From Podarcis bocagei (Eukaryota), in assembly GCA_964188305.1 (NCBI GenBank), contig OZ076903.1: a stretch of DNA of 64,000 nucleotides, one strand, 5' to 3'. Position 1 is the first letter of the stretch; each line of letters opens with the position of its first letter. Below, piece by piece: positions 51,414-64,000 of this stretch. The notes below the pieces were generated by a model. The model saw nothing but the letters and a program-made list of their open reading frames with translations, had not been told where the DNA came from and searched no databases. A program made the position numbers and the translations under genes.

Positions 51414-52651
51414 AGGAGGATTGCCATTTTCCGTGTTTTAAAAGCTAGCACCCACTTCTCTCAGCCATACTTGTGCACTTCCACTATGTTTCTAGAGTGA
51501 ATAAATATGCAGCAATAACACCAAATAACATTTTCAAGTGTTCCTTCCTGTAACTGGTTTGTCAGAGGAACTAAGAAACAGAACATGCCTAATGGAACAA
51601 TTGGGTCTAGAGTGTATCGAAACTCAAGTTTCTAAAAACAAGGAATGCTTAAGACATTAGCACTTTGAGAATTCCAGTAAGAACTTAGCTGCATCTCCCA
51701 CACGAGTAAATATCCTTCAAAGTTTGCACATTTCCCAATTTTGTGATGCAGCTCTCAGCTCAAAAAACATGCAGAGAAACATTTTAAAATTAATATTTTA
51801 AGATAGAATAAGTTTAGAAATGTTGTTGTTATTTATTGAATTTATATACCGCCCTAAACCTGGGGGTATTTCATGAGAAAATACATGCAAGTATGTATTT
51901 AAATGCACCTTTTTCCGGGCAGATTTCAATTGCTGACTTACAAACCAACACATGCAAATGTCATCTTGACTGAAAGTAGGCAAATCTATCCATCTCTTTT
52001 TTGCAGGTCAGCCCTGTTCAGCAGATTATGCCATGGCAGTTTTATTGGGCAGTAGATATTTTCTTTTGGGATGGTATCTCACTAGCCATTGCTAGAAAGG
52101 CAATGCTGTAAAGAGCTGGGCGTTTTTAGTCTCTGTGTTGTGGGGATATCTGATGAAACCCCAGTGCATGGATTGACTTTATATTTGAATCTACTTAAGT
52201 GTCACAGAGCAGGGAAGGAAGGAAGGAGGAGAGAAAGGTCTTCATTCTTGTGCAAGTGTTGCATTCAGTGTTGCTGCAGGTAGGAAGAAGAGTCTGAAGA
52301 TGAAGGGGAAAGGGAGCTTTTCATGAGGAAGTTGAGAAAAACAAGACCAGGATGCCTAGTGACTGAAGGAGCAGAGAAACGTCAGGCCCCAGTTGGAGGT
52401 ACAAGAAGGAAGCCAAGGCAGAGTGGAGAAACGAGAGATCCCAGAAAGACCAGCAGAACATCCAGAGAGTGGAAGGAATGGGGAGAATGAGATGGGGATG
52501 CAAACATTCTTCCATGGGGGTTATGGGGAAATATTGGTGGAACCTGAAAGCTCACGGAGGCCAAGGGCAGATCAGATCGATTTGCAATGGCCACTTCAGG
52601 CAGGGCTTTAGTAAGACTGGAATAGCCATTAGGTGGAAGATAAAAGAAGTG

Positions 52652-53051
52652 AGAGCTGGACCATAAAGAAGGCTGATCGCCGAAGAATTGATGCTTTTGA
52701 ATTATGGTGCTGGAGGAGACTCTTGAGAGTTCCATGGACTGCAAGAAGAACAAACCTATCCATTCTTGAGGAAATCAGCCCTGAGTGCTCCCTGGAAGGA
52801 CAGATCGTGAAGCTGAGGCTCCAATACTTTGGCCACCTCATGAGAAGAGAAGACTCCCTGGAAAAGACCCTGATGTTGGGAAAGATGGAGGGCACAAGGA
52901 GAAGGGGATGGCAGAGGACGAGATGGTTGGACAGTGTTCTTGAAGCTACCAGTATGAGTTTGACCAAACTGTGGGAGGCAGTGGAAGACAGGAGTGCCTG
53001 GCGTGCTCTGGTCCAGGGGGTCACGAAGAGTCGGACACACTAAACAACAAC
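52652..53051 (+). mobile_element. BovB (RTE) LINE, 5'-truncated
   Basis: ESWTIKKADRRRIDAFELWCWRRLLRVPWTARR...LQYFGHLMRREDSLEKTLMLGK; (caa)n tail; 10-bp TSD aaaagaagtg (52642-52651 and 53052-53061). Confidence 0.95.
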
Positions 53052-54711
53052 AAAAGAAGTGCATTCTGAAACCAATGATCTGTTTGGGAGAACATTATTT
53101 TTTATTTCTTCCTGCACTGCTGGGAGCAGCATCTTCAGTGGAAAGTGCACATGTTCTTTTGTGTCACTGGAGAAAGCAAGCACAACTAATTTAAATTTGG
53201 AGCATTTTGACTTTCTTTCTCAGCGACTCTGCAATTAGAGATCACCTTAATGTGCATAGGAGACAAATTCCACATGCTTCTTTCCAGCTGTTTCTTAGAA
53301 AATTTACTGGAAAAGGCATTTTAATTTACTACTCCCAACTTTTTAAATTGTTGTAAGTAGTCAAAATGCCTGGAAAATAATCTGAATAATAGTTCTTTCA
53401 GATTAGTTATATAGAGATCTCTCATTATTTAAATACTGCACTTCCTGATGTTCAGGTGCTACTTTACTGTAATAATAAATCTGTACATATTGAGAGCTAG
53501 CGTTCAGTAATTAACATCTTAATATCTACGACAACTGCAAATGATGACAAACATTCTTTTGTGCCCTACTTGTGAGAAATAGTTCTGAAATGATGATTCA
53601 TTGCTAATTTAGTTTCTGTCTTCCCACAAAGATTCATATTGAGTCAACATTGTTTTATTGATCACTATGCTTCGCTCTAATGTTTTTCCTCAATGTTGCT
53701 AAATTACTAAAATTAGCTGCCTGTTTCATTTGACGACCACCAGTTTTTATCTGTGTGTGCCTTTAATTTGCAAAGTTCAGAACGTTCCTAACATAGAGAA
53801 AGATGTGAGGTGGAAGGAGTGGGATGGGCATGCAAATGTACAAGATTCAGCTGACTGTGGTACTGCAAGTCACTTTTATTCCATTATTAAAAACCTTCAT
53901 TGTGATATATAGCTGTAGCCCTCAGACAGTTTTGTTTTTATTTCATGGTTCCTGTTGCTGAGTTCATGTTCATGGGTTGACTTCCTTATTAGACTAACTA
54001 CATTAATCAGTAAGTCAGATGATGGAAAGCAGTAAATTGTATAGCACCATCCTTTTAAAATAAACAGCCCAATGATGTTTGTGTTAGAATCAACATGTGC
54101 AATTTGGGCGGCTGCCAAAAATCTGGACTCATTCAGTACTATGTTAATTAAGTAATTGTCCATATGTATGTAATATAGTGCAGAGTTAAGTGAATACAAA
54201 CTGTCATGTCTACACGCACTTTAAGTTATGTGTGTGTTGCTTCTTCCCAGATTTAATTTCCAGGAAATCAAATGCAGTTGCTTAGGTTAAACAGGCTAAG
54301 GAAAAGTGGTACAGAAAATGAGTGGGAATTGAGAAAACTGAGATAGTCACCTTTACTTTTACTGCTAACTTTGTGTACTAAAAAAAAAGTGAGCCAGAAA
54401 TACAAATCATCTATGCTTTTTGGGTTTTGTTTTTACCTAATACATAAACAAGTTCAGCATCCAAGTGTTTGGAGTGTTACTGAAAAAATTATGTAAGGTG
54501 CAGTTCTGTGGATTGATCAGAACATCAAAGTACGGCTTTGGATAATCATAATTCTCTCCCCTCCCCCCAGCATAAATTTGAGTTTCCTGATAAATTTTTA
54601 ACCAACGTCTGCCAGCTATGTCACAAGGTATTGCTAAAATCAACTTTATAGTCTGAGAGATGGAGAAAGAAAAGGACAATTTTGTGATTTGTTGCATGTG
54701 CTATATTCTAG

Positions 54712-54833
54712 GTACAAGCCTATGCAGAAAGTGGATGGAGTCACAGACGGTTTCACAACAAGTGGTCAACAGACAGGCACATCTGTTGAACAAACTGTAA
54801 TTGCTCAAAGTCAACATCATCAACAGTTTTTGG
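54712..54833 (+). CDS. RFX3: RFX3 coding exon 7: YKPMQKVDGVTDGFTTSGQQTGTSVEQTVIAQSQHHQQFL(D)
   Basis: ttctag| ... g|gtatgt; 122 nt. Confidence 0.96.
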
Positions 54834-55487
54834 GTATGTAGAAAGAATATTGTACTAGTGTCCAAAGAAAAATAACTTGTATAGTTGTTAGTTAAGAATC
54901 AGAACAAAGTTTCTCTTGAAGCTGATCCAGAGTTAACTAACTGAGGAGTGTAACCATTTGTATGAGTTTAACATTATGCAAACATTAGGTTTCTAACAAG
55001 GGTATTGAGCTTAATTAAAGCTGTCATTCATTCTAGAAACAAAGAAATTCATATCCTTACCATGACTTTGCAGCCAAGTCTCATACAAAGAATCGGTGGG
55101 ATTGTTGTCTTTGCACATACATACTATTTTGACAATATATGGGATGAAATACTTCAGACTTATTTATCTGTACCCTCAGCCCATGTGGCCTGATCACACC
55201 TCTGATAGAGAGCATCTTGGAATCCCTTGCTGAGCCAGGCTAGTGTCACAAGTGCTACTACATGGATATAGACTGGGAATATGTTCCAAAAACTACTACC
55301 ATACATACATGAAGTATACTTATTTAATATTGCTAACATAATTGTCATTGAATTAAGACACAATTGAACTTCACATGTAATAGTGAAACCACCTATAATT
55401 AGGTAAAATCCAGCTATAATTTGCTCGTTGTTTTCCCTAAAGACCTTGTATAATATGCAATAATACATAGATATGTCTGGAAATATA

Positions 55488-55746
55488 CCGTCTTTTTTGC
55501 TCTATAAGACTCACTTTTTCCCTCCTAAAAAGTAAGGGGAAATGTGTGTGCGTCTTATGGAGCGAATGCAGGCTGTGCAGCTATCCCAGAAGCCAGAACA
55601 GCAAGAGGGATTGCTGCTTTCACTGCGCAGCGATTCCTCTTGCTGTTCTGGCTTCTGAGATTCAGAATATATTTTTTCTTGTTTTCCTCCTCCAAAAACT
55701 AGGTGCGTCTTGTGGTCTGGTGCGTCTTATAGAGAAAAAAATATGG
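55488..55746. mobile_element. Tc1/mariner (pogo-like) MITE
   Basis: TA-ccgtcttttttgctctataagac...gtcttatagagaaaaaaatatgg-TA. Confidence 0.85.
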
Positions 55747-56427
55747 TAACTACATAGGCAATAGGCACTGTACTAAATTAAAAGAAGCAAATATCAACTG
55801 GTATATTAAAATGTGTGTATTCACTGCATTGGATCCATGTGCCTTATGTGAGCAGGCAGGAAAGCACTTACGGAAGGCAGCCATTTTGAATTTTCCCCAT
55901 GACACTGCCGCCTGCCCTTCCCCTGCCCCCTTCTAGAGGGACCCCCACCCTCCGGAGGGGCTTTTCAGGGGGTTACGGGGGGCAGGAAGTCCCATTGAAC
56001 CCACAGAGTTCTGCTCATCTATCTCTAAATTCAGGCCTCTTGTCTATTCACAGTTTTAACTAGGTTTTCAGACAGGTAAGTTATGCACCACTCGATCTTA
56101 GTATGATTACAGCTGGTTTAAACATTCAAAGAAGTAAGCTTCTCATTCAGTCAGAAATCCTAGAATTTGTGTAAGTATTTCTTAATTCCTATGGATCGAG
56201 CACATACAATTTAGCAGATCTGGCTCCCTTCGCTTAAGATTTTTAATTTAGAAGAATAAAATTTTGATTCCTTTTTAATTGCAACCTATTAAACATAAAA
56301 ACCTTACACCTTCTCAATTTTTAGTCCAACGCTTTGTGACCTTTCTGATATTTATTTCTTTGTATCATTAAATGTTTCCCTAATTAAAGTGGGATTGACA
56401 CACTCTACAATATTTTTCTTTCATTGT

Positions 56428-56441
56428 GTTGCCATGGAAAC
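56428..56441. promoter_or_regulatory. X-box (RFX binding motif) GTTGCCATGGAAAC abutting the 3' splice site of RFX3 coding exon 8
   Basis: 13/14 match to the palindromic consensus GTTGCCATGGCAAC; immediately followed by the acceptor AG (56442-56443). Confidence 0.6.
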
Positions 56442-56443
56442 AG

Positions 56444-56556
56444 ATGCATCTCGAGCACTTCCAGAGTTCGGAGAAGTTGAAATCTCTTCTCTGCCAGATG
56501 GTACTACTTTTGAGGATATTAAGTCATTGCAGAGTCTCTATCGAGAGCACTGTGAG
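56444..56556 (+). CDS. RFX3: RFX3 coding exon 8: (D)ASRALPEFGEVEISSLPDGTTFEDIKSLQSLYREHCE
   Basis: aaacag| ... gag|gtaaga; 113 nt; in ORF 56389..56613. Confidence 0.96.
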
Positions 56557-57067
56557 GTAAGAAAGGAGGATTTGACAATGGCTTCCTCTCATGCAAACCC
56601 TAAGGGCTCATGATGGGATGATACACAGGAATGCATCAGATACAGGAGGCTCTCCATTGCCTGCAAAGCAGAATATTGTGAAGAGTATTAACATTATGCT
56701 TGCTAAATTTGTGTGTGTTTGGAAAACGTGGTTGCGGGCCAAAATACAGAGCGTTTCTGTAGGCTTGCTTTCACCCACCCGGGACAGTTGAGAGTAGATC
56801 AGCAATATGCCGATGCCAAATATGTCCGTCTTTGGTTTGCTGTTGTGTTAAAATTTTGGTTATGAATATTCTATTAACTAAATTCAAAATACACAATCCT
56901 GGACAATTGATACGTCCTTTGATACATCCTAAGCATGTTTACTCAGAAAGAAGTCCCGCCGAATTCAATAGATCATGCTCCCTTAAGTATTCAGGATTGC
57001 AGACAGACTGCTCAATATTTTTCATGCATTCTGTTAAAGAATACCGGTATCTGTGTTGTATTTTTAG

Positions 57068-57183
57068 GCAATATTGGATGTTGTAGTGAACCTTCAGTTT
57101 AGCCTAATAGAAAAATTGTGGCAGACTTTCTGGCGCTATTCTCCCTCAACAACAACCGATGGCACTACCATTACTGAACCAAG
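57068..57183 (+). CDS. RFX3: RFX3 coding exon 9: AILDVVVNLQFSLIEKLWQTFWRYSPSTTTDGTTITEP(S)
   Basis: tttttag| ... ag|gttggt; 116 nt. Confidence 0.96.
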
Positions 57184-57612
57184 GTTGGTAATCTTTTATT
57201 CAAAGTTTGTGAATAGTTTTAGTGCTGTTTTCAAATAAAATAGAAATCTAAAATTTACATACTAAATAGGAATGCTATCTCTGCAGTTCGTTACTAGATT
57301 AAATTGCCGTGTTATGATAACTGCAGTTTATATTTGTACGCATACCATTTTATTTTATGGGAAGAGGCCCAGTTATTTTCTCATGAAATAATATCCAATC
57401 CAAAGACCATTCTTATCACTGCTGCTCTTTGACTAAAGCTCTGGAGGCCATGTACCAGCCATTATTACAACTCTAAGTGCCTCAGGGCAGTTGGATGCGT
57501 TTCAGACATTCCTAATGTTTATTTTTAAAAACTTTGAATTCCATTGTTCTTCTTTTTTATCTTCATGTAAATGCATTTTCATTTATTCATTTGATACATT
57601 TGTTCACACCAG

Positions 57613-57767
57613 CAATCTGAGTGAAATAGAAAGTCGACTTCCGAAAGCAAAGCTGATTACTCTGTGCAAAAATGAGTCAATTCTGAAATGGATGTGTAAC
57701 TGTGACCATGTGATGTACCAGACTTTGGTGGAGATTCTCATTCCTGACGTCCTTAGACCTATTCCTA
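57613..57767 (+). CDS. RFX3: RFX3 coding exon 10: NLSEIESRLPKAKLITLCKNESILKWMCNCDHVMYQTLVEILIPDVLRPIP(S)
   Basis: caccag| ... a|gtaagt; 155 nt; in ORF 57491..57796. Confidence 0.96.
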
Positions 57768-60700
57768 GTAAGTTGAATATAGATGACGTCTTGTAAGGAT
57801 TTCTTTTTCTTCTGGTGAACTTGTGACTTCAGTGCCTCCCAAGGAAACCTGTAGGTGTGACTTTAAAGACTTCAGAAGTAGCGTGGGTGTGCTCACTTTA
57901 TTTACATGTTATAAAGGTATACCTTAAAATAATAAATACTGCTTAAAATATAACTGTGGTTTTGAAAAAGTAGCTTTCAACATGCTTGTGGTATATATTT
58001 ATTTGTTTTTGGCTGCCCTGGCAATGCACGCTTTGTCATAACGAAAATCCCCTCATTTTTTTGAGCAATTCCTCTAGTCCGCATGATAACATTAAAGCGT
58101 TGAAGGCTTGAGTACGTAGTTCTGTTCAAATGACACGCTAAGCTGTAAGTTAAATGTGATGGGAATAAGCCACAATGAGCTCTGGGCTTGGGTGCCCAAT
58201 CCTCCTGCTTTGTGGTCATGGGATTCAGAAGCATTTGTTTCTTCTTTAGAGTAATTGCAGCTTTCCCTGTCATCCCAATCTGTTGTCAGTTGAAAATAGC
58301 AAACTTCAAACCATTTGTTCTTAAACTGGTATGTTTTAACAAGCCACAGTTTAGAGTTTGGATGACGTGCTAAATGGAGGTTAGTTGAAATTGGAAATAA
58401 AGGCTCCCAAACTCCCCCTCAAAGACACACCAGAGAAGCAGGAGAGAGTGCTAGCCCAAGGTCCATTGCCCCTCATTCTCACTATGATCTATGCATGATG
58501 TCCAGATACGGTCTGTGTCTATGTCAACTTTTGTTTTACACTGAATTCAGCAAGGTGAAGACCAAGCACATAGTAGCACTTGTGCAGTTGTGTAACATGT
58601 CAGGTTAATATGTAATCAGAACTGAAAAGTAGCTTTTCAGTGGCCTGGTTTTACTGACATATAACCTGATTGCACATTTGTCTCTCTGTATGGTTGTATC
58701 AGAGTTTGCCCTGGTGCCTGTAGAGAAATACCGTGCTAAACATGTTAGTTGAGCATTTGAATCCACTTGAACATATTACTTACAAAAGATTTACCAGAAT
58801 TAGTTGGTTGCAAATCTTATTAGTTAACTGTATCATAAGAAATGTGAGACTAACATTTTATTTTCCTCATTCATTTCTCTAGTCATTCAGTCTTTTATTT
58901 TAAAAAGCCAGGAGTGTCTCACAGGGTAGACTCACCATCTAATTGTAAATATTACACTTCAGCTAGACAGCCATTATCAAATAGTTATACTTATGAAAAT
59001 TTCCCTTTTAGACATAGAATTATTCAGATTGTTGCAGTGTAGTTTGTTCTTGTTTGGTATAGAAAGTGATTTACTTTGGGTTCTTGCAAAGCTGATTTCC
59101 ATTATAAAACATTATATGTGTTCTGGGCACTGTGATAAATACTTAGGAATTTATTTCCCATTAACAATAAAGGTTAACGGTTTCTGCGGGGGAGGAAATC
59201 CATATAACTGCACAAGCATTGTGTTCTTTCTGTGAACAATTATTTTGTAGTTCAGTTAGATGCACTCATGCCTCAAAGAGACCAGGAGCGAACAAAACTA
59301 CTTTCTCTTGAAGGGATTATAAAAGCTACTGAGTTGTTATAGTTGTTACAAAATGTTCAGAAAAAATGAATATCCAATTTTGCAAGAACACGCTACTGCC
59401 CTTCACCTGCAAACAAGACAGAAGGAACCTTACTATTTATATCACTTGTGGCGCAAACCTGAGTGTTCTTATAAAACACAGTCTAAATGTCAATAATGCC
59501 TTCTACATTTTTCTGAAATTCAGAGAGTTGATATATGCAGATGTGTGACAATTGCTTAGCTTTTGAAACATGCAGTGAAAGCAACAGGCATGAAAGGATT
59601 TTGTTTGAAATTTGTGTAGTAGCATGGGTTGTGAAATGGAGACTCTTCTAGGTGACAATTCAACACCCTCAGAACCGTTCTTGAATAAGACAAAGCCAAC
59701 CAGGTTTAATTCAGATAGCTACCAACAACTCCTCACTGGGGGCGGGGGGGGGGCGTCAATGTTCCTTGGGTATCCTCTCACTACTTATAGGTGGTTTGCC
59801 AACCTTCTGCTTGTTTCCTTTGTAAAATACAAAGCCATTTTCAGTAGTAGTCAGAAATGTCAAAGGAGAAAAGAGATTGATCCAAGAAAAGAATTTCTAG
59901 GATATTTGAAAGTTGCATTTTAACTACTGATTTGATTTCCTCTTGAATTATGAAATAGTAGTTTGAGTTCCTGTCTTAAAGATCAAAGAATCATAGTTAC
60001 CTCAATCACTATTGCAGAAAAAGCCCCCCCCCCCCATTTATAAGCAAGATGGATGTGTAATGAAATCAACATTGTCAGGCAAGACTCCATCCTTCAAGGC
60101 AAATTTCTTTTTCAAAATATTGGACTGTCATACCTATTTCTTACATCAGAGGGGTCAAATGTAAGGTTGGGAAGCACCGAGAGACCCTTGAAGTGTGCCT
60201 TGGACCACATTGGGGATTCCTGCCGCATTATATAAGCCAGTGAACTGTCTTCAAGGGTTGGACATTGGTGCCCTTGTAGGGCAAATGGGCTGGTTTGCAA
60301 ATGGCAGCAGCCTTTCTTCCTGCCTCTAGTTGAGTGGTAACAGTGCCAACAGGGGGTGTGGCGGGGGGTGCAGTGCCTTGGCATGGAGTGGAGTGGAGCC
60401 CTGGCCATTTGCCAGATGTGAAAGTGCATGGAGTAGATGGGGAAAGTCAGGCCAAGTTGCCAAGTGGTGGATGGAGGAGGGCAGTTGGTCGCATGTGGGC
60501 AGGGAGCTTAAACGGCAGGGCCTGAAGCCATTTTTCAGATGTTAGTGTCCAATGGAGATGGAATTTATAACCCTTTGGTGCTGAACTCAAGTGCAGTTGA
60601 CTTCTGTGGAAAGAGTACGAATGTGGCCTTTGGGTATTTCCCAGGTGGAGAGTTTGGTTCTACAGTCTATTTGAGTTTCACACTGTTGCATTTGGTCCTT

Positions 60701-63700
60701 TCAGGAAACTGAAGTCTTGTTAACTGAACCAAAGCTGCCATGATGGAGCATGTTTTTTTAAAATAATATGTTGTTTTCATTGTCGCTCTACTTCTAAACC
60801 ATCTCAAAGCAAAGTGATGGCTATTAAATGTTTTAAGTAAATGAGTTTCTGATAGAAAATACTAGATTAGATTCAAAGGTACAGCATAGAAAAATGGAGA
60901 ATTGTTCAGCATTGAGAGCAGAAGATAGTGTGGTCCAAAAATCACTGCCTTTTGACCCAATACTGGTTTCACCCTCAATATGGTTGCCTCATTTGATTCA
61001 CAATAAATTTGCATATGTAACTGAACCTTGCAAATGCGACAAAATATTGTCGAAAGCCATCACAAACATCTAGTCATGTTCCTAGGTCCCAAATACTGCT
61101 CTTTGAACACCAGAGAAGTAACTTTATTTGCTGCCCCGTTAACGTTTTTGAACTTTTTGTTGGTTCTAGCCTTAAGTCCTATTTCTGCATTCCAAAGAAA
61201 GCTTGAGAGCTTAAGCTAGAGGGAGGGCAGAGGCACATTGGGAAAGGGAGCTTGCAAGCATGTCCAGCTGAAGGTGCTTCAAAGCCCTGCTCAGACTCCC
61301 CCCCCCCAACGAGAGATGGCTGCTGCCAAAGGAGGCCTCCCTCTGTAGTTCTGTAGATCTTCCTCTCCTACATTTCTGACCAATTGTCCGTTACCATTAC
61401 AGGAAAATCTGTCAGTGTTCCCTGGCTATATTTTTTGAAGAATGCATGGCTAAAAACATTAGGGTATTAGAATGATTAAAAACAACAACAACCCTGAACC
61501 CCTCTAAATACCGGTAAATCGAAACCCAAATCCTGCAAGAGAGGTGGTTGGACTGTTAGACAACAATGGTGTGCAAGGAGGATAGTGAAATTGCACAGAA
61601 ATGAAGTCAACTCTTTTGGAGAAGAGATTGGCCCGATAAACATGTCTGAGCAGATTTTGGAAGAGCACCAGGGCACTAGTTTTCTCATGCAAAGGGGAGG
61701 GGGGCACACAGCCAAGTCCTGCCCCCCAGCACCCTCCTGTTCCTGCATTGAGAGCCTGCCATAAGTTAGAAGGCAAAGGTTAGCAGCAACAAATCTCCTC
61801 TTCTAGAGTCTCCCTGTGCAGTTTTTGACCCTGATTGTGCAGGGTTCTGTAGTCACTCCAGATAAACACTGTGTCCTGCAGTGTATCTTTCTTTCTAATA
61901 CTTAGCTTCATAAATGCTTAAAAGAAAACAGACCATTTTTCATATAGTTGTTACCGAAATAAACTTTTATTGTAAAGATTTGGTACAAATCTAGAGGAAT
62001 TATGAAATTCAAATTGGAACCCCTTCTGAAATCTTCAGAAACCTGGAAATTCAGTTTGTGCTTTTCGTATAGTTTATTTCTGGTAGTTGGGGGGGGGGGA
62101 CTTCTTTGTGAGTGCTAAAATCTTGATACAAATATTTTCTTGCTTTTTTGGTATCATATGTTAGTACCACTATGCAGGTACAATTTGAAATCACGTTAGA
62201 GATATTTTGTTCAGTACTCTCATATGTGTGGGGCTTAAATAATCCTCAACTAACTAACATTACCTGTGTGTTTGCTTATCTTTCTTTTGCATAGACAAAC
62301 ACACATCTAAAAACTAATTATTTCCCCTGCAGCGATTGAGGATAGTCACGTCTGCAGATTGTAATTTTGGTTGATTTATTTAAATATTTATACCCCGCTT
62401 TTCATCCCCAACACACACACTCCAGTTGAAATCAATTTAAAACATTAGAAAAGAACTGAAGAGCAATGGAAGCATGATTCCCTTATATAAGTCTGATATC
62501 TCTGTAGAAAGAAATGTGCTGTTTGTTTTAACAGACTGATTATTTCATAGGTAGGTGTTATGGAGCTGTTCAAGCCTCATTTGTAATTGAACTTCAATAT
62601 GATTCATGCTATTTTAAAAGAGCACAGAGCTTTTTATGGATAACTACTATGACCGGTTTTAGTACTAGTAATTAATATTTAGCTAGTGTTTCACATTTAT
62701 TTGGCACCGTGCGCTGAGGTGTGCAATTGACAGGATGCTGCCCTTGGTCATCTACATGAGCCAGAATCTAGAGAACCTCACGCATCTTCAGAGGTGCTGT
62801 GTGTGCCTGCTCTTTCGCTCAAATGGCTCTTGTGACTTATGGCGTGTTTATGAGAGCCCCCTCCCCACAGCCTTGGAGGGGGGCATGTGAGAAGAAGGAT
62901 GGAGAAGCTTGCCCTTTCCATTTTAGTCCTAGAAAGTTGCACAAGTCAGACATGCAACAAAATAGTGTTCCTGCTCTCTGTGCTAGTTAGTGAGCCATGT
63001 TGTCCTACAAGAGACCCCTCCCACCTCAGATTCATTTTTTTCACCCTAACAGTCACCATTCAATGGCCCATTTTCATTCAGCTTTTTGCTGCGGGGAGAG
63101 AGCTTGGTGTTTTTTCTCAAGCTTTCTTTTTGTGCTTCTACATACACCTGCAGCAGACTGATCCGTCCGCGTTATGCGTGGATGGTGTCATTTGAGCGCA
63201 TCAGCAATGGCTCTTATACAGGAAAGTTTGGAAAAGGGGGAATGATCTGCTTACCTTATTCTTTTGACATTGCTTCTTTCAGATGTTAAAACAGTAGTTT
63301 TACTAACTCCCATATCAATGAAAGCAAATAAGATACAGGGAAAGTCAAATTTTAATTACAAATTTCCTATCTCTTTATCCCAGTGCTAGATGTCTCAGCA
63401 TATATCCTTGCTCCACCACTATTCTTAAGCCAGAAACCTACTGAAAATTTTATAAACTTTCCCATCTCTTTAATTAAGACAGTGTACATGCTTAATTAGG
63501 GCATGACAAACAGCAAGGCAGATTCTAATGCCATTCTATGATGGGAGTTGACTCCCATTTCTATCAGTTGGGTGCATGGTTATAATTTTATAGGCAAACT
63601 GCATGCTTTATGCTGTTGACTAGATCTAGTTTATAAATGTGTCGTTAGTTAAAAGTGTCTGAATTGAAATCATGAAATATGTCCCCTTGTAGGCACATAA

Positions 63701-63731
63701 AGAGGCTCCCTAAATTGTGGTGAGGCAGAAA

Positions 63732-63745
63732 GTGTGTGTGTTTGT

Positions 63746-63777
<32 letters not shown>
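63732..63777 (+). repeat. Imperfect (GT)n microsatellite
   Basis: Seen directly. Confidence 0.9.
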
Positions 63778-64000
63778 TCCATAGATATTTAAAGAGTCAC
63801 TGAATAGGTAGGGTTAGTTTGTGTGTGCTCACTTTAAAAACAGAGTTTTTAAATGTGTTTTAAAGCATCAATAAACTCTAAGAAAAGCAGAGACTTTCAG
63901 TGAGGTTGACTGACATTCAAGCGACACCCAAAAATCTAACAACTGCCTGAGAATGTTAGGAGCGCTTGGTTTAAAAGAGTCACAATAAAAATTCAAATTA

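Larger units (their letters stand above)
19661..57767 (+). other. RFX3: RFX3 (regulatory factor X3) gene, partial: first coding exon through the exon ending ...DVLRPIP; 5' non-coding exon(s) upstream and 3' exons beyond the window
   Basis: Ten exons with canonical AG/GT sites and compatible phases splice into one ORF, MQTSETGSDTGSTV...[25 protein letters not shown]...EILIPDVLRPIP, recognisable as RFX3. No exon for the next expected peptide (ALTQAIRNFAK) was seen before 64000. Confidence 0.97.

Noticed and set aside
56388-56443. Upstream AG giving a 54-nt in-frame extension of coding exon 8
   Set aside because: Weak acceptor context (taaag) and no transcript evidence available.
60940-60965. 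tgccttttgacccaa resembling the start of the next RFX3 exon
   Set aside because: No acceptor, and the downstream sequence does not encode AIRNFAK.

Overview
Vertebrate genomic DNA from a squamate, probably a lacertid lizard (Podarcis-type Sauria SINEs, BovB, young L2, CR1, many MITEs). The window lies inside the RFX3 transcription-factor gene on the + strand. It holds the 3' part of the first intron (1-19660) and ten consecutive GT-AG coding exons (19669-57767; 1357 nt, about 452 aa) encoding the N-terminal Q/G-rich region, the complete RFX winged-helix DNA-binding domain (DBD) and the B/C region. The dimerization-domain exons lie beyond the window. The rest is intron filled with transposable elements. 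Main observations: (1) a 14-bp X-box (the RFX binding site, GTTGCCATGGAAAC) sits directly on an RFX3 3' splice site and contains an in-frame Kozak ATG that would start an RFX3 lacking the DBD; (2) a short non-autonomous DIRS1-type element (inverted terminal repeats plus internal complementary region) has a near-full-length L2 ORF2 nested inside it; (3) same-family MITEs and SINEs in inverted orientation bracket individual RFX3 exons. Most short ORFs in the supplied track are spurious. Exon numbering and comparisons to human RFX3 are from memory and should be verified by alignment.
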